A DNA stretch of 64,000 nucleotides. Source: an uncultured Gammaproteobacteria bacterium. GTDB lineage: Bacteria > Pseudomonadota > Gammaproteobacteria > Magnimaribacterales > D2472. Of the stretch, positions 38,464 through 47,676 are shown piece by piece. Position numbers and translations under genes: made by a program. Under the pieces are notes generated by a model. The model saw only the letters and a program-made list of their open reading frames with translations, was not told where the DNA came from and searched no databases. Every line of letters starts with the position of its first letter. Within the stretch, counting starts at the first letter, position 1. The stretch is from the NCBI GenBank assembly GCA_964417685.1, contig CAYQIT010000001.1, forward strand, positions 145,157 through 209,156. Direction: 5' to 3'.

Positions 38464-39051
38464 ATGGTCATTAAAGCGAAACAAAAAAGAAGTCAACTAA
38501 GAATAAATTCTCTAATAAACTCCGGTTTTGAAATTTTAGAAAATGAAAATATTGATGAAATAACAATAGCAAATCTAGCAAAGTACTCAGGCTTGAAGAG
38601 AACATCAACATACAAATTTTTTCCTACAGCAGATTCTATCAAGGTTGCTATGATTGAAGTATGTATAGATGAATGTGTGATGGATTTAGATACGAAAATT
38701 ATTGATGAAGATATCAAAAATCTATCAAATCTTTTAAATATTTGTGTAAATATTATCTATGAATATTTTAATTCTAAAAAATATGCTCAAAAATTGATTT
38801 TGGAAACTACGGTATCGCCCCCTATTGACTCAAAATTAATAAATAAACTTGCTGAATCAATTGAATCGAAGATATCTTATAGAATTAATCTGGAAGAAGT
38901 TTTTAATAAGTCTGGAGTGTTTAGAGTGATTACGCAAATTATTATTTCGATATTTTCTTTAAACACAAAAGAAAGTGGCTCTTTAAACGAGGTTGGAAAA
39001 ATTGAAGCTCATAGAGCTTCTGTTGCATATATATCAAGCTTTATTAAGTAA
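38464..39051 (+). CDS. TetR-family transcriptional regulator
   Basis: N-terminal HTH (ITIANLAKYSGLKRTSTYKFFP), 195 aa, divergent from the TBDR-phytase operon. Confidence 0.8.
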   Translation: MVIKAKQKRSQLRINSLINSGFEILENENIDEITIANLAKYSGLKRTSTYKFFPTADSIKVAMIEVCIDECVMDLDTKIIDEDIKNLSNLLNICVNIIYEYFNSKKYAQKLILETTVSPPIDSKLINKLAESIESKISYRINLEEVFNKSGVFRVITQIIISIFSLNTKESGSLNEVGKIEAHRASVAYISSFIK

Positions 39052-39054
39052 AAA

Positions 39055-40305
39055 CTATACTGAAAAAATAAACCTTAGAAAAACATAATAAAGTATCGTA
39101 AATATAGCTCCAGCAGGAATTGTTACTATCCAAGATAAAAAAATCTTTTTAATTGAATTGATATCTAAAGCACCAACTCCATTTGCTAAACCAACGCCTA
39201 TAACGCCTCCAACTAACGTGTGAGTTGTAGAAATAGGAAACCCAAGGTATGTTGCAGCAACTACAGTCGTAGCAGTTGCCATATTCGCAGAAAATCCCAA
39301 ACTTGGAGTTAATTTTGTTATTTTTTCTCCAACAGTTTTAATAACGTTTTTACCAAGAATTGCTAGCCCGGTAACAATACCAACAGCTCCGAGCAGAAGC
39401 ACCCATGAGTTTAATGAAGATGAAGACTCGATAACTCCATCAGAAGAGACAACACTTACAATTGCTGCCAAAGGACCAATTGCATTTGCAACATCATTTG
39501 AACCATGTGCGAATGCCATAGCACAAGCAGTAACAACCATTAAAATAGCAAATGCTGATTCAACACCATTGCTTTTAATTTTAGAAGCATTTTTATTTAA
39601 AAATATTGCGGTAATAATAGAGACAAGTAGGCTTAAAATAATAGTGAATAGATAGATCTCATTATCAGTCCAGTTAATGCCAACATGTTTTAGTCCTTTT
39701 CTTGCAGTAACTAATGAAATAACAACAGTTACAAAAAAACTATATATTGGTATTATTGAAATTGAGGCTTGAATAGGATTAGTTCTTTCTAAAATTAATT
39801 TTCTAGCACTTAAGTACAATAAGAAAGCAAAAACTCCTGAAATTATAGGAGATGTTACCCAACTTGAAGCTATTTCAATAACAGTATCCCAAGACACATA
39901 AGATGCACCTTTTGATATTAAAACGAAGCCCACAATCGCCCCAACTATCGAATGAGTTGTTGATACAGGCCACCCATTTATTGAAGCTAAATATAACCAA
40001 GTACCGGCAGCTAGAAGCGATGAAAGCATACCAATAATAAAAATATTTACATTATCTGCATATATTTGCGGATCAACAATACCTTTTCTGATTGTTGAAG
40101 TAACTTCTCCGCCAGCCAAATAAGCACCTAAAAATTCAAATATAGCAGCAATGATAATTGCTTGCTTTAAAGTAATTGCTTTACTTCCAACAGAAGTGCC
40201 CATAGCATTGGCTACATCATTAGCACCGATACCATAAGCCATAAAAAAACCTATTACAGATGCAATGATAAGAATGGCTAGAGGCGAAATAAATAGAACG
40301 TCCAT
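39055..40305 (-). CDS. pitA: inorganic phosphate transporter, PiT family
   Basis: Duplicated PiT signature GANDVANAMGTSVGS / GSNDVANAIGP. 416-aa polytopic protein. Confidence 0.9.
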   Translation of the reverse strand: MDVLFISPLAILIIASVIGFFMAYGIGANDVANAMGTSVGSKAITLKQAIIIAAIFEFLGAYLAGGEVTSTIRKGIVDPQIYADNVNIFIIGMLSSLLAAGTWLYLASINGWPVSTTHSIVGAIVGFVLISKGASYVSWDTVIEIASSWVTSPIISGVFAFLLYLSARKLILERTNPIQASISIIPIYSFFVTVVISLVTARKGLKHVGINWTDNEIYLFTIILSLLVSIITAIFLNKNASKIKSNGVESAFAILMVVTACAMAFAHGSNDVANAIGPLAAIVSVVSSDGVIESSSSLNSWVLLLGAVGIVTGLAILGKNVIKTVGEKITKLTPSLGFSANMATATTVVAATYLGFPISTTHTLVGGVIGVGLANGVGALDINSIKKIFLSWIVTIPAGAIFTILYYVFLRFIFSV

Positions 40306-40343
40306 TTAAGTTATAGGTCTAATTACTATTAGTTAATAAGCTC

Positions 40344-40368
40344 GATAATGTTATCATTTGTAATGATT
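40344..40368. promoter_or_regulatory. dyad/direct-repeat operator-like element in the pitA-ppk2 divergent region
   Basis: GATAATGTTATCATTTGTAATGATT contains the inverted repeat GATAA-TG-TTATC, the inverted repeat ATCATT-TGT-AATGAT, and 10-bp direct repeats TGTTATCATT/TGTAATGATT. It is Fur-box-like or Pho-box-like; the assignment is ambiguous. Confidence 0.3.
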
Positions 40369-40407
40369 TATTTATATAAATTTATAACTTAAATTCCTAA
40401 AATAAAA

Positions 40408-41247
40408 ATGTCTTTAATAAGTCTTGATCAAACACAATATAAACAACTGAGCTCAAAGGCATACTCTCTTGAAAAAAGACGACTGCAAATTGAATTGCTT
40501 AAACTGCAAGAGGATGTAATTAAAAATAATAGAAAGCTATGTATTATTTTTGAAGGTAGAGATACTGCTGGAAAAAGTTCAGCAATAAAATTTTTTCATG
40601 AATATTTAATTCCAAAAAATTTTAAATATGTTCAATTAGGAATTCCATCAAAATGGGAATCATCTCATTGGTTTCAAAGATGGCAAAAAGTTATTCCGGA
40701 GAATGGTGAGATAGCTTTTTTAGATCGCTCATGGTACACAAGGGCGATCACTGAACCTGTTATGGGATATTGCTCTGAAAAACAATATAGACACTTTATG
40801 AAAAAAGTTAATGGGTGGGAGAATGATCTCATGAGCTCCGGAATTGAACTTACTAAATTTTATTTTTCTTTATCGCGTGATCAGCAAAAAAAAAGGATGA
40901 ATGCAAGAGAGCACTCCGAATTAAAATATTGGAAACTATCTGAGAATGATAAAAAAATTGTTACTAAATGGGATGTTTTTACAGCTTATAAAGAACAGAT
41001 GTTTTCTAAAACATCAACCAAAAAATCTCCCTGGGTAGCTATAAATTCTAATAATAAGATGATTGCCCGTCTTACAGCACTGAGGTTCCTCCTTGATAAG
41101 ACAAACTATGAAAATAAAAAGCTTTTAAAACCACTAAAATGGTCAGAGAAAATTTCTAGATACTCAGCCACAATAGAGGGTGTTTTATTTGAAAATTTAT
41201 CATATGAGCAATATATGATTATCACAAAATATAGCGACGATACTTAA
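40408..41247 (+). CDS. ppk2: polyphosphate kinase 2
   Basis: FEGRDTAGKSS (Walker A-like), WFQRW, and FLDRSWYTRA lid motifs. Single-domain, 279 aa. Confidence 0.85.
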   Translation: MSLISLDQTQYKQLSSKAYSLEKRRLQIELLKLQEDVIKNNRKLCIIFEGRDTAGKSSAIKFFHEYLIPKNFKYVQLGIPSKWESSHWFQRWQKVIPENGEIAFLDRSWYTRAITEPVMGYCSEKQYRHFMKKVNGWENDLMSSGIELTKFYFSLSRDQQKKRMNAREHSELKYWKLSENDKKIVTKWDVFTAYKEQMFSKTSTKKSPWVAINSNNKMIARLTALRFLLDKTNYENKKLLKPLKWSEKISRYSATIEGVLFENLSYEQYMIITKYSDDT

Positions 41248-41248
41248 A

Positions 41249-42106
41249 ATGAAGATAGCATCCATTGATATAGGAACAAATTCAATAAAGTCTAAGATAT
41301 TTGATACAACACCAACTTCAATAACTTTTTTAGAAGGAATAAGGACGCCTATTAGGCTTGGAACAAAAGTATTTAATACAGGAGAGCTTTCTGAAAAAAA
41401 AATTATTGAGCTAATTAAAGTGCTAAAAAAATATCAACATTATTTTCTAAAAAATAACATTGAAATGTATGAAATTATTGCTACAAGTGCTTTTAGAGAC
41501 TCAGTTAATTCTGAGCAAGCTAGAAGAACAGTTGAGAATGCAATAGAACATCCTATAAATATTATTTCAGGTCTTCAAGAAGCTCAATTAATTCGATTGC
41601 ATCCAAAAGCTCAAGATAAAAAAAACAAAGTCTTTGTTGATATTGGTGGTGGAAGCACAGAAATTTATATATATAAAAATGGAAAAACTAGTATTCAATC
41701 TTTTCAACTAGGTGGAGTCAGAAATTTACTAAAAATGGATTCTCAAAGTGAATGGAAAAGAATGGAGAATTGGTTAAAAAAGCAGGAAAATTGCGGCACC
41801 CTTGTTGGTTTGGGCGGTAATATCAAATCATTTATGCAAATTTCGAAAAAGAAAAAAATTAGTAAAAAGGAATTTAAAAATCAAAAGATTGCATTAAAGA
41901 AGCAAACAACTTCAGACAAGATTAAATTATATAATTTAGGCTTAGATAGAGCCGATGTCATTGATTATGCTTTAGATATTTTTGAAAAAATAATTGATTG
42001 TTTGGATGTTACATTAATTAAATCAACTAAATGGGGGGTCTCAGACTCAACTTCTGTAAAATTATTTCATGAGCTTTATTCAAAAAAAATATCTATAGAA
42101 AGGTAA
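41249..42106 (+). CDS. ppx: Ppx/GppA-family phosphatase (short, N-terminal actin-like domains only)
   Basis: ASIDIGTNSIK and DIGGGSTE motifs. At 285 aa it lacks the C-terminal domains of long PPX. It starts 1 nt after the ppk2 stop. Confidence 0.75.
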   Translation: MKIASIDIGTNSIKSKIFDTTPTSITFLEGIRTPIRLGTKVFNTGELSEKKIIELIKVLKKYQHYFLKNNIEMYEIIATSAFRDSVNSEQARRTVENAIEHPINIISGLQEAQLIRLHPKAQDKKNKVFVDIGGGSTEIYIYKNGKTSIQSFQLGGVRNLLKMDSQSEWKRMENWLKKQENCGTLVGLGGNIKSFMQISKKKKISKKEFKNQKIALKKQTTSDKIKLYNLGLDRADVIDYALDIFEKIIDCLDVTLIKSTKWGVSDSTSVKLFHELYSKKISIER

Positions 42107-42107
42107 C

Positions 42108-42551
42108 TTAGAAACTTGTTGTAAAGCTGTATCCTTTATCATTCTCTTGAATTGATAAATTTGAAACATTTTTTTCTAAAAGATTGGAGATTTCAGAAAC
42201 TTGATCAACTCCATCCTCTAATTTAACTACATTGAATGCAACTATAACCGAGCCATCAATAAATGATGTTTTGAGGTTGTAATAATTATTACTGGGTAGG
42301 TTTGATGACAAGAATTTATTTATCTCAGCCTCATCGTTAAGTTCTGTTATTTTCTTTTTAGAGACAGATTCAACTTTTTGTTTGACATATTCATAATCAG
42401 ATTTTGCTTTAATAAAATTAAATTTAGTTTGATTATATTCTGTTATAAATGAATTAATTGAAATCACTAATAACGTAAGAGCTATCAGGCCTATGGCAAC
42501 AAAGACTAGTTTTTTTTCCCTTTTATTTAAATTTAAAGAAAGCTTATTCAT
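42108..42551 (-). CDS. gspM: type II secretion system protein M
   Basis: 147 aa with a short basic N-terminus, one TM helix and a periplasmic domain. It is the last gene of the gsp operon and overlaps gspL by 8 nt. The call rests mainly on position and topology. Confidence 0.65.
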   Translation of the reverse strand: MNKLSLNLNKREKKLVFVAIGLIALTLLVISINSFITEYNQTKFNFIKAKSDYEYVKQKVESVSKKKITELNDEAEINKFLSSNLPSNNYYNLKTSFIDGSVIVAFNVVKLEDGVDQVSEISNLLEKNVSNLSIQENDKGYSFTTSF

Positions 42552-43680
42552 TTTTAAAGTTAATAGTTATAGTTCCCGTGGCACCGTCACCAGATTCAAT
42601 GATATTTTGATCAATAATTTTTACACCAAAGCTTTCTCCCATTGATAGAACTAACGACATCTGCATTGAAGGCATTTTTTCTATGTCAATAAGAGCGGTT
42701 GAAGATTCAAAATCTATATTAATTTTTTTTACAAACTTTCCACCAAGTCGATATATAAAATCAATATTGGGAAGTTCTTGTTTGTTATTAGTTGAAACAG
42801 TATCACCAATTAGGGCGTCAATTTGTGATCGTGGGTTTATTACTCTTGTTATTTTTGTTGATAAAGATGAAAAAATTCCAGAAGTGGCATCTTTATAAAT
42901 CTGAGTATTTCTATTTATATTATCAATAATCAAGTTTGGTAAAATCAATATTGCTATTAGGGATACTGAAAGAAATCCTAATTGGAGCTTTGTAAAATCC
43001 AATTTATTTAAAATACTTGATAGTGAATACTTAAAACTAAAGAGATTGGTATGTTGTTGATGTGAATTAAGAAAACTTAGATGGTATGAACCAATATCTT
43101 TGTAGGTAACTTTACCAAATATATCATCATCCTCAGACTCAAAAGAAATTATAGAAGGTTTGTAATCTTTATTGTTCTTTTTAACAATCTCAAGATATTC
43201 TTTTGCATATGATTTTTCTATAGATGTACCTGTTCTATCATGATGGGAAAAAATAACAGAGTCACCATGAATAACTATTGAGTCTTCTTTATTAATAAAC
43301 AATGAGTAGTCTGGATAAATATAAATCCTTGATTTAACTAAGCTTAAGGTTGCGTTTAGATAATTTATTAAATCTTTTTTAATTACAAAACCATTATTTT
43401 TTGAGGTTTTAACAAAAATTTCAGAAATATCTTCAACGATATTATCTTCAATGCTAGATATAAATACTGCATCAGAGTTCTTGTCTTCATTGCTTTGATT
43501 TGGATACGACGAAATAGCTGAGGATGGAATTAAAAATAATAATTTTGACTCTTCTTTTATTTCATCATGTATTTCTGATAATTGAATATTTTTTTTGTAG
43601 ATTAAATTGTTATCAGCATACTTGTATAAAACAATATCTGTATTCGAGTTAGTTGAGCTTTGTGCAATAAAATTTATCAT
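42544..43680 (-). CDS. gspL: type II secretion system protein L
   Basis: 378 aa with a cytoplasmic domain, one TM helix (LGFLSVSLIAILILPNLII) and a periplasmic domain. It sits between gspK and gspM. Confidence 0.7.
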   Translation of the reverse strand: MINFIAQSSTNSNTDIVLYKYADNNLIYKKNIQLSEIHDEIKEESKLLFLIPSSAISSYPNQSNEDKNSDAVFISSIEDNIVEDISEIFVKTSKNNGFVIKKDLINYLNATLSLVKSRIYIYPDYSLFINKEDSIVIHGDSVIFSHHDRTGTSIEKSYAKEYLEIVKKNNKDYKPSIISFESEDDDIFGKVTYKDIGSYHLSFLNSHQQHTNLFSFKYSLSSILNKLDFTKLQLGFLSVSLIAILILPNLIIDNINRNTQIYKDATSGIFSSLSTKITRVINPRSQIDALIGDTVSTNNKQELPNIDFIYRLGGKFVKKINIDFESSTALIDIEKMPSMQMSLVLSMGESFGVKIIDQNIIESGDGATGTITINFKNE

Positions 43681-44660
43681 TAAATGCCATTATAGTTTCT
43701 TGATAAAATATAGCCATTATTATTATTTTTAAAATAAATAATGCTTGATGAAGAGGCCTCAAATGACTCAACCTTTGAAGTTGTTTCTAAAATATAGATA
43801 TTAGATTTGAAGTCAATGCCAACCAAAGCTTCGCCAAAAGAAACGTCTTGATAATTAATATAAATTTCATTTATGTTTTTAAAACCAGAGTCCGGCATTG
43901 TTGCCAAAACATAGTTTGCATCATCAAGTGAGAGATCTTTAAATAATCCACTTAATAAAATTCCATCTTCTTTGGACAACATATTTAAATTAATTTTAAA
44001 ATTGTTTATAGGGTATGCACATAAATATTCTGAGAGGTTTGCCCAAGTCTCTCCCCTGAAGGATGGAATATTTTTTAGCTCATCCTTTGAATGAAACATT
44101 CTATTGTCTGTAAACTGTTGATTTGTATTTGATGGTCCTGTGTAGAAATAATCCTCTAGACCAGAACTCCTTGGCCTATTATCAGCATCAATCCAGTCTA
44201 TTATTTGGTCAATCATTTGAACTACATCTCTTTGATCAATCTCCAAATGAGCCATAATTTTTTTAAATACTTCTATGTGTTTAAGATCTGGGATGTAGGT
44301 ATCCTCATTTTTTTTTACTAAATTATTTACATTGAAACATGTTGAGGCATCAAATATTTCAGAAAAAATGTATCCCCTCTCATCTTCTAAGAAAATATTA
44401 TTTACAAACATTGAATTATTTTTTGAAATTATTTCAGAAAATGATATTTCTTGGCTAATCTTTTTCTTACCTAAAAACTCCATTCCTTTAAAAAGGTTTA
44501 ATGAATTTGATTGAAACTCAAGATAAGATGCTCTTTTAAGAGAAATGAAATAATTATTTCCAATTATTACCGCAATCGAAGAAAGCAAAAGGACTATCAG
44601 AAGAACTGACATAAGGACTACACCCCTATCCTTGGTATGCATAATCAATATTAGGGTCAA
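43680..44660 (-). CDS. gspK: type II secretion minor pseudopilin K
   Basis: RGVVLMSVLLIVLLLS N-terminus and the IDWIDADN..R..G.ED.FY motif typical of GspK. The start may be M7 (44642). Confidence 0.8.
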   Translation of the reverse strand: MTLILIMHTKDRGVVLMSVLLIVLLLSSIAVIIGNNYFISLKRASYLEFQSNSLNLFKGMEFLGKKKISQEISFSEIISKNNSMFVNNIFLEDERGYIFSEIFDASTCFNVNNLVKKNEDTYIPDLKHIEVFKKIMAHLEIDQRDVVQMIDQIIDWIDADNRPRSSGLEDYFYTGPSNTNQQFTDNRMFHSKDELKNIPSFRGETWANLSEYLCAYPINNFKINLNMLSKEDGILLSGLFKDLSLDDANYVLATMPDSGFKNINEIYINYQDVSFGEALVGIDFKSNIYILETTSKVESFEASSSSIIYFKNNNNGYILSRNYNGI

Positions 44661-45219
44661 TCAACCAAAAAAAATCTTTTTCGCCAATAGAAAAATCTAT
44701 TCTTATAAGCGTAGGTATTTTTTTTGAAGTAATTTCATCTAATGGCCATTTGTCATGCCATCTACGCTCATACATAAAAGAGAAATCAAGATTATCTAAG
44801 CCTTTAATTAGCTCAGATCTAGAATGGTCATCTTGGTTATAAGGACTTGATGAAAAGTATTGTTTGCGAACTAATGAATTATCATCAAGCAAATATTCAA
44901 CCCTATTAATATTCGATGATGATAAGGAAAGGTTTTTAATAGAAGTATTAAAAATTATAGAGTTCGATATTTGATCATAGTAAAAAGTTCCAGGAAGCAT
45001 ATCGCCATAAAAATCTCTAGAAGGTACATTTACTGTTTGCCTTATATCTCTTCTGATAATGCTCGAGGTAAGGCTGAGTTCTTTTATTTCATTAAGTTTA
45101 TTTGTAGATATTTCTTCTGATTCAAGTGCGGATGTTAGAATTTGTGAGCAAATTAAGCCTATTAAACTAAGTATAACTAGAGATACAAGAACCTCTATCA
45201 ATGTAAAACCTTTATTCAT
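44626..45219 (-). CDS. gspJ: type II secretion minor pseudopilin J
   Basis: Prepilin N-terminus MNKGFTLIEVLVSLVILSL (ATG at 45219). The track ORF extends to 45276, which would lengthen its overlap with the 3' end of gspI from 8 nt to 65 nt. Confidence 0.8.
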   Translation of the reverse strand: MNKGFTLIEVLVSLVILSLIGLICSQILTSALESEEISTNKLNEIKELSLTSSIIRRDIRQTVNVPSRDFYGDMLPGTFYYDQISNSIIFNTSIKNLSLSSSNINRVEYLLDDNSLVRKQYFSSSPYNQDDHSRSELIKGLDNLDFSFMYERRWHDKWPLDEITSKKIPTLIRIDFSIGEKDFFWLIDPNIDYAYQG

Positions 45220-45595
45220 TGATAATATAACCCTTTGTTTTATATATAGCATTTTTAGCGCCATCTCTCTTAACAATTATCTCGTATTCAAAAAACTCAT
45301 TTGATGAATTTTTTTCAATGACCTCCTCCCATCGCCAAACTTTATTACCCATCTTCATTATTCCGGTTCTTCTGGTTGCGTTATTTGGTTTTTGCATTGT
45401 ATTTATTAAAGCAACCCTATTGTTGGTAACCTCTTTAGCTAAATACCTATCTTCTAAGTACATAATAGAAGTAGTGTTAGAGATAATTACTTGATATATA
45501 GCAAGAATAGAAATACTTAAGACAACAAGAGATACTACAACCTCTATGAGACTAAAGCCTTTAGTATTGAATTTTTTTAACTTCCGTTTTTCCAT
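45212..45595 (-). CDS. gspI: type II secretion minor pseudopilin I
   Basis: Prepilin N-terminus ..KGFSLIEVVVSLVVLS, 127 aa. Confidence 0.8.
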   Translation of the reverse strand: MEKRKLKKFNTKGFSLIEVVVSLVVLSISILAIYQVIISNTTSIMYLEDRYLAKEVTNNRVALINTMQKPNNATRRTGIMKMGNKVWRWEEVIEKNSSNEFFEYEIIVKRDGAKNAIYKTKGYIINE

Positions 45596-46091
45596 TTTTA
45601 TTTATTTCTATTCTTTGAATAAAATCTTGTCTTTTTATATCTAAAGATCCCCCAGAATTTTCTCCAGATGGATAGAAAATAAGAAATGGAAATTTTAAAG
45701 AGCTATCATTATTAATCTCATAAACATTTCCATCAAAAGATCTGAAAACTTTTTCAAAGTTAATAAAATCTTTATAGCCTGATGAGGGCATATCAATAGA
45801 TGCATCAGATATCTTTAATCCATTTGAAGAGATGAAGTAGGCTTTATCAATATCTGGATTGGCATACCATCCAATGATATTTCCAGTTGTTATACTTTCT
45901 TCTGATAAAAATTCAAAAGTCTTTTCAAATGACTTTGCCTTAGCTTCAATTGAATTTAAAGTTGAAAAATTTAAAAATACTAGTGATGACATTAGTCCAA
46001 TAATGACTAGAGTCACCAGTAACTCAATAAGAGTAAAACCTTTAGATTTATTGTAACCAGTTGCCAATATCAGTATCCTCACCAGTTCCAC
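45561..46091 (-). CDS. gspH: type II secretion minor pseudopilin H
   Basis: Prepilin N-terminus ..KGFTLIELLVTLVIIGL. The track start is a GTG that overlaps gspG by 44 nt. An in-frame TTG at 46067 would give a more typical short leader, so the start is uncertain. Confidence 0.75.
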   Translation of the reverse strand: MELVRILILATGYNKSKGFTLIELLVTLVIIGLMSSLVFLNFSTLNSIEAKAKSFEKTFEFLSEESITTGNIIGWYANPDIDKAYFISSNGLKISDASIDMPSSGYKDFINFEKVFRSFDGNVYEINNDSSLKFPFLIFYPSGENSGGSLDIKRQDFIQRIEINKNGKTEVKKIQY

Positions 46092-46476
46092 CTTCTATAC
46101 CATCTGCGCCAAGAGTATAAAGATCAAAATTTCTAGATTTTTGTGGAGGATAAACATAAAGATAATCCCTTCCCCATGGGTCTTTTGGAATAGATGAAAT
46201 ATATCCACCATCTGGAAATAAAAATGGGTTTTTTAGATCAGAGTGAGGTGTTGTAAGTGCTTCAAGACCTTGAGATGTGTTTGGGTAAACAAGTTCATTA
46301 AATTTATATAACTCAAGAGCCTTAGAGGTCTGAGCAAAGTCAGCTTTAATTTTTTCAAGATTGGCCCTTTGAAATACAGGTGATACATTAACAACAACAA
46401 TGGTTGCAAGAATACCCAAAATTACCAAAACTGCCATTAATTCTATTAGAGTAAATCCTTTATTATATTTCTTCAT
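46048..46476 (-). CDS. gspG: type II secretion major pseudopilin G
   Basis: MKKYNKGFTLIELMAVLVILGILA plus the C-terminal DPWGRDYLY motif, 142 aa. Confidence 0.9.
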   Translation of the reverse strand: MKKYNKGFTLIELMAVLVILGILATIVVVNVSPVFQRANLEKIKADFAQTSKALELYKFNELVYPNTSQGLEALTTPHSDLKNPFLFPDGGYISSIPKDPWGRDYLYVYPPQKSRNFDLYTLGADGIEGGTGEDTDIGNWLQ

Positions 46477-46479
46477 ATT

Positions 46480-47676
46480 TTAACCCAATGAAAGTGTATT
46501 CATTTGCATGATAGGTAACAGTATAGCTAAGACTATCATCATTATAAAACCACCCATTACAATAATAACAATAGGCTCAAGCAAGGAAAGAAAAATTGAG
46601 CGCTTAGACTCAATTTCATTTTTCATAAATGATGATACCTTTAAGAACATTTTAGGTAAATTTCCTGATTTGTAGCCACTAGAAATTAATTGAACAAATA
46701 TATCTGGAAATATCTTACTTCTTATTAAAGAACCAACAAAATCCTTACCCTCTATAACCTCTTCTCTTGAAATTCTAATTTGATCTTTTAGATAATGGTT
46801 ATTAAAAACCTCAGAAGACTCATCTAAAGCCACATCAAGATTCATACCAGAGTTAAGCAATAAAGTCATCGTACTAGCAAATCTTTCAGTTTCAGTCAGT
46901 AATATAAAATTTCCAATTAGAGGGATTCCTAATATAAATTTATGAGCTTTTAAAAGGTTCAATTTAGAATTTGTATAATTTTTATATAGAAAAAACCCAA
47001 CTATTGAAAGAATAATAAAAATCAAACATATAAATAAAATATTATTAGAAATAAAAAGCAGTCCCTTTGTTAATAATGGTAACTCGGTACCAGATTTAAT
47101 GAATTGCCCAACAACTTGAGGGAGAACAAATGCAAGTAATGCAATAATCACTGAAATAGAAAAACCTACCAATATAATCGGGTAGGTTAAGGCTGAAATC
47201 ACTTTTTGTTTAATTTCTGCAGATTGTTCAAGATAATCAGCAAGATTATCAAAAATCTCGTCAAGATTTCCAGATGAATCACCAGCAGAAACAAGCGATG
47301 TATAAGTTTTATTAAAAACCCTTGGATAAGCCTTCATTGAATTACCCAACCTCTTGCCTTGAATGATATCTTCTCTAATATTGTATAAAATATTAGATAA
47401 ATCTTTATTACTTGACTGATCTGCGGTAATTTTTAAAGAATCATCAATTGAGGTGCTGGCGTCTAATAGTGTAGATAATTGTCTTGTCATAATAACAATA
47501 TCTTTATTTTTAACTTTGGTTTTATTAATAATTTTTGTATTTGTTACTCTGACTTCAAGAGGCGTTAGATTAAGATCTTTGACTAACTTTCGAGCTTCTC
47601 GCTCAGATTGAGCGCTTACATGCCCCCTCTTCTTTGCTCCCTTTATGTCAAATGCAATATAACTATAGGCTGGCAT
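46480..47676 (-). CDS. gspF: type II secretion inner-membrane platform protein F
   Basis: 398 aa with a duplicated GspF/PilC-type cytoplasmic domain and 3 TM helices. It sits between gspE and gspG. Confidence 0.9.
   Translation of the reverse strand: MPAYSYIAFDIKGAKKRGHVSAQSEREARKLVKDLNLTPLEVRVTNTKIINKTKVKNKDIVIMTRQLSTLLDASTSIDDSLKITADQSSNKDLSNILYNIREDIIQGKRLGNSMKAYPRVFNKTYTSLVSAGDSSGNLDEIFDNLADYLEQSAEIKQKVISALTYPIILVGFSISVIIALLAFVLPQVVGQFIKSGTELPLLTKGLLFISNNILFICLIFIILSIVGFFLYKNYTNSKLNLLKAHKFILGIPLIGNFILLTETERFASTMTLLLNSGMNLDVALDESSEVFNNHYLKDQIRISREEVIEGKDFVGSLIRSKIFPDIFVQLISSGYKSGNLPKMFLKVSSFMKNEIESKRSIFLSLLEPIVIIVMGGFIMMIVLAILLPIMQMNTLSLG

Noticed and set aside
38311-38496. 61-aa minus-strand ORF spanning the TBDR/tetR intergenic region.
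   Set aside because: It covers the operator and promoter region and the tetR start. The region is better explained as regulatory DNA.
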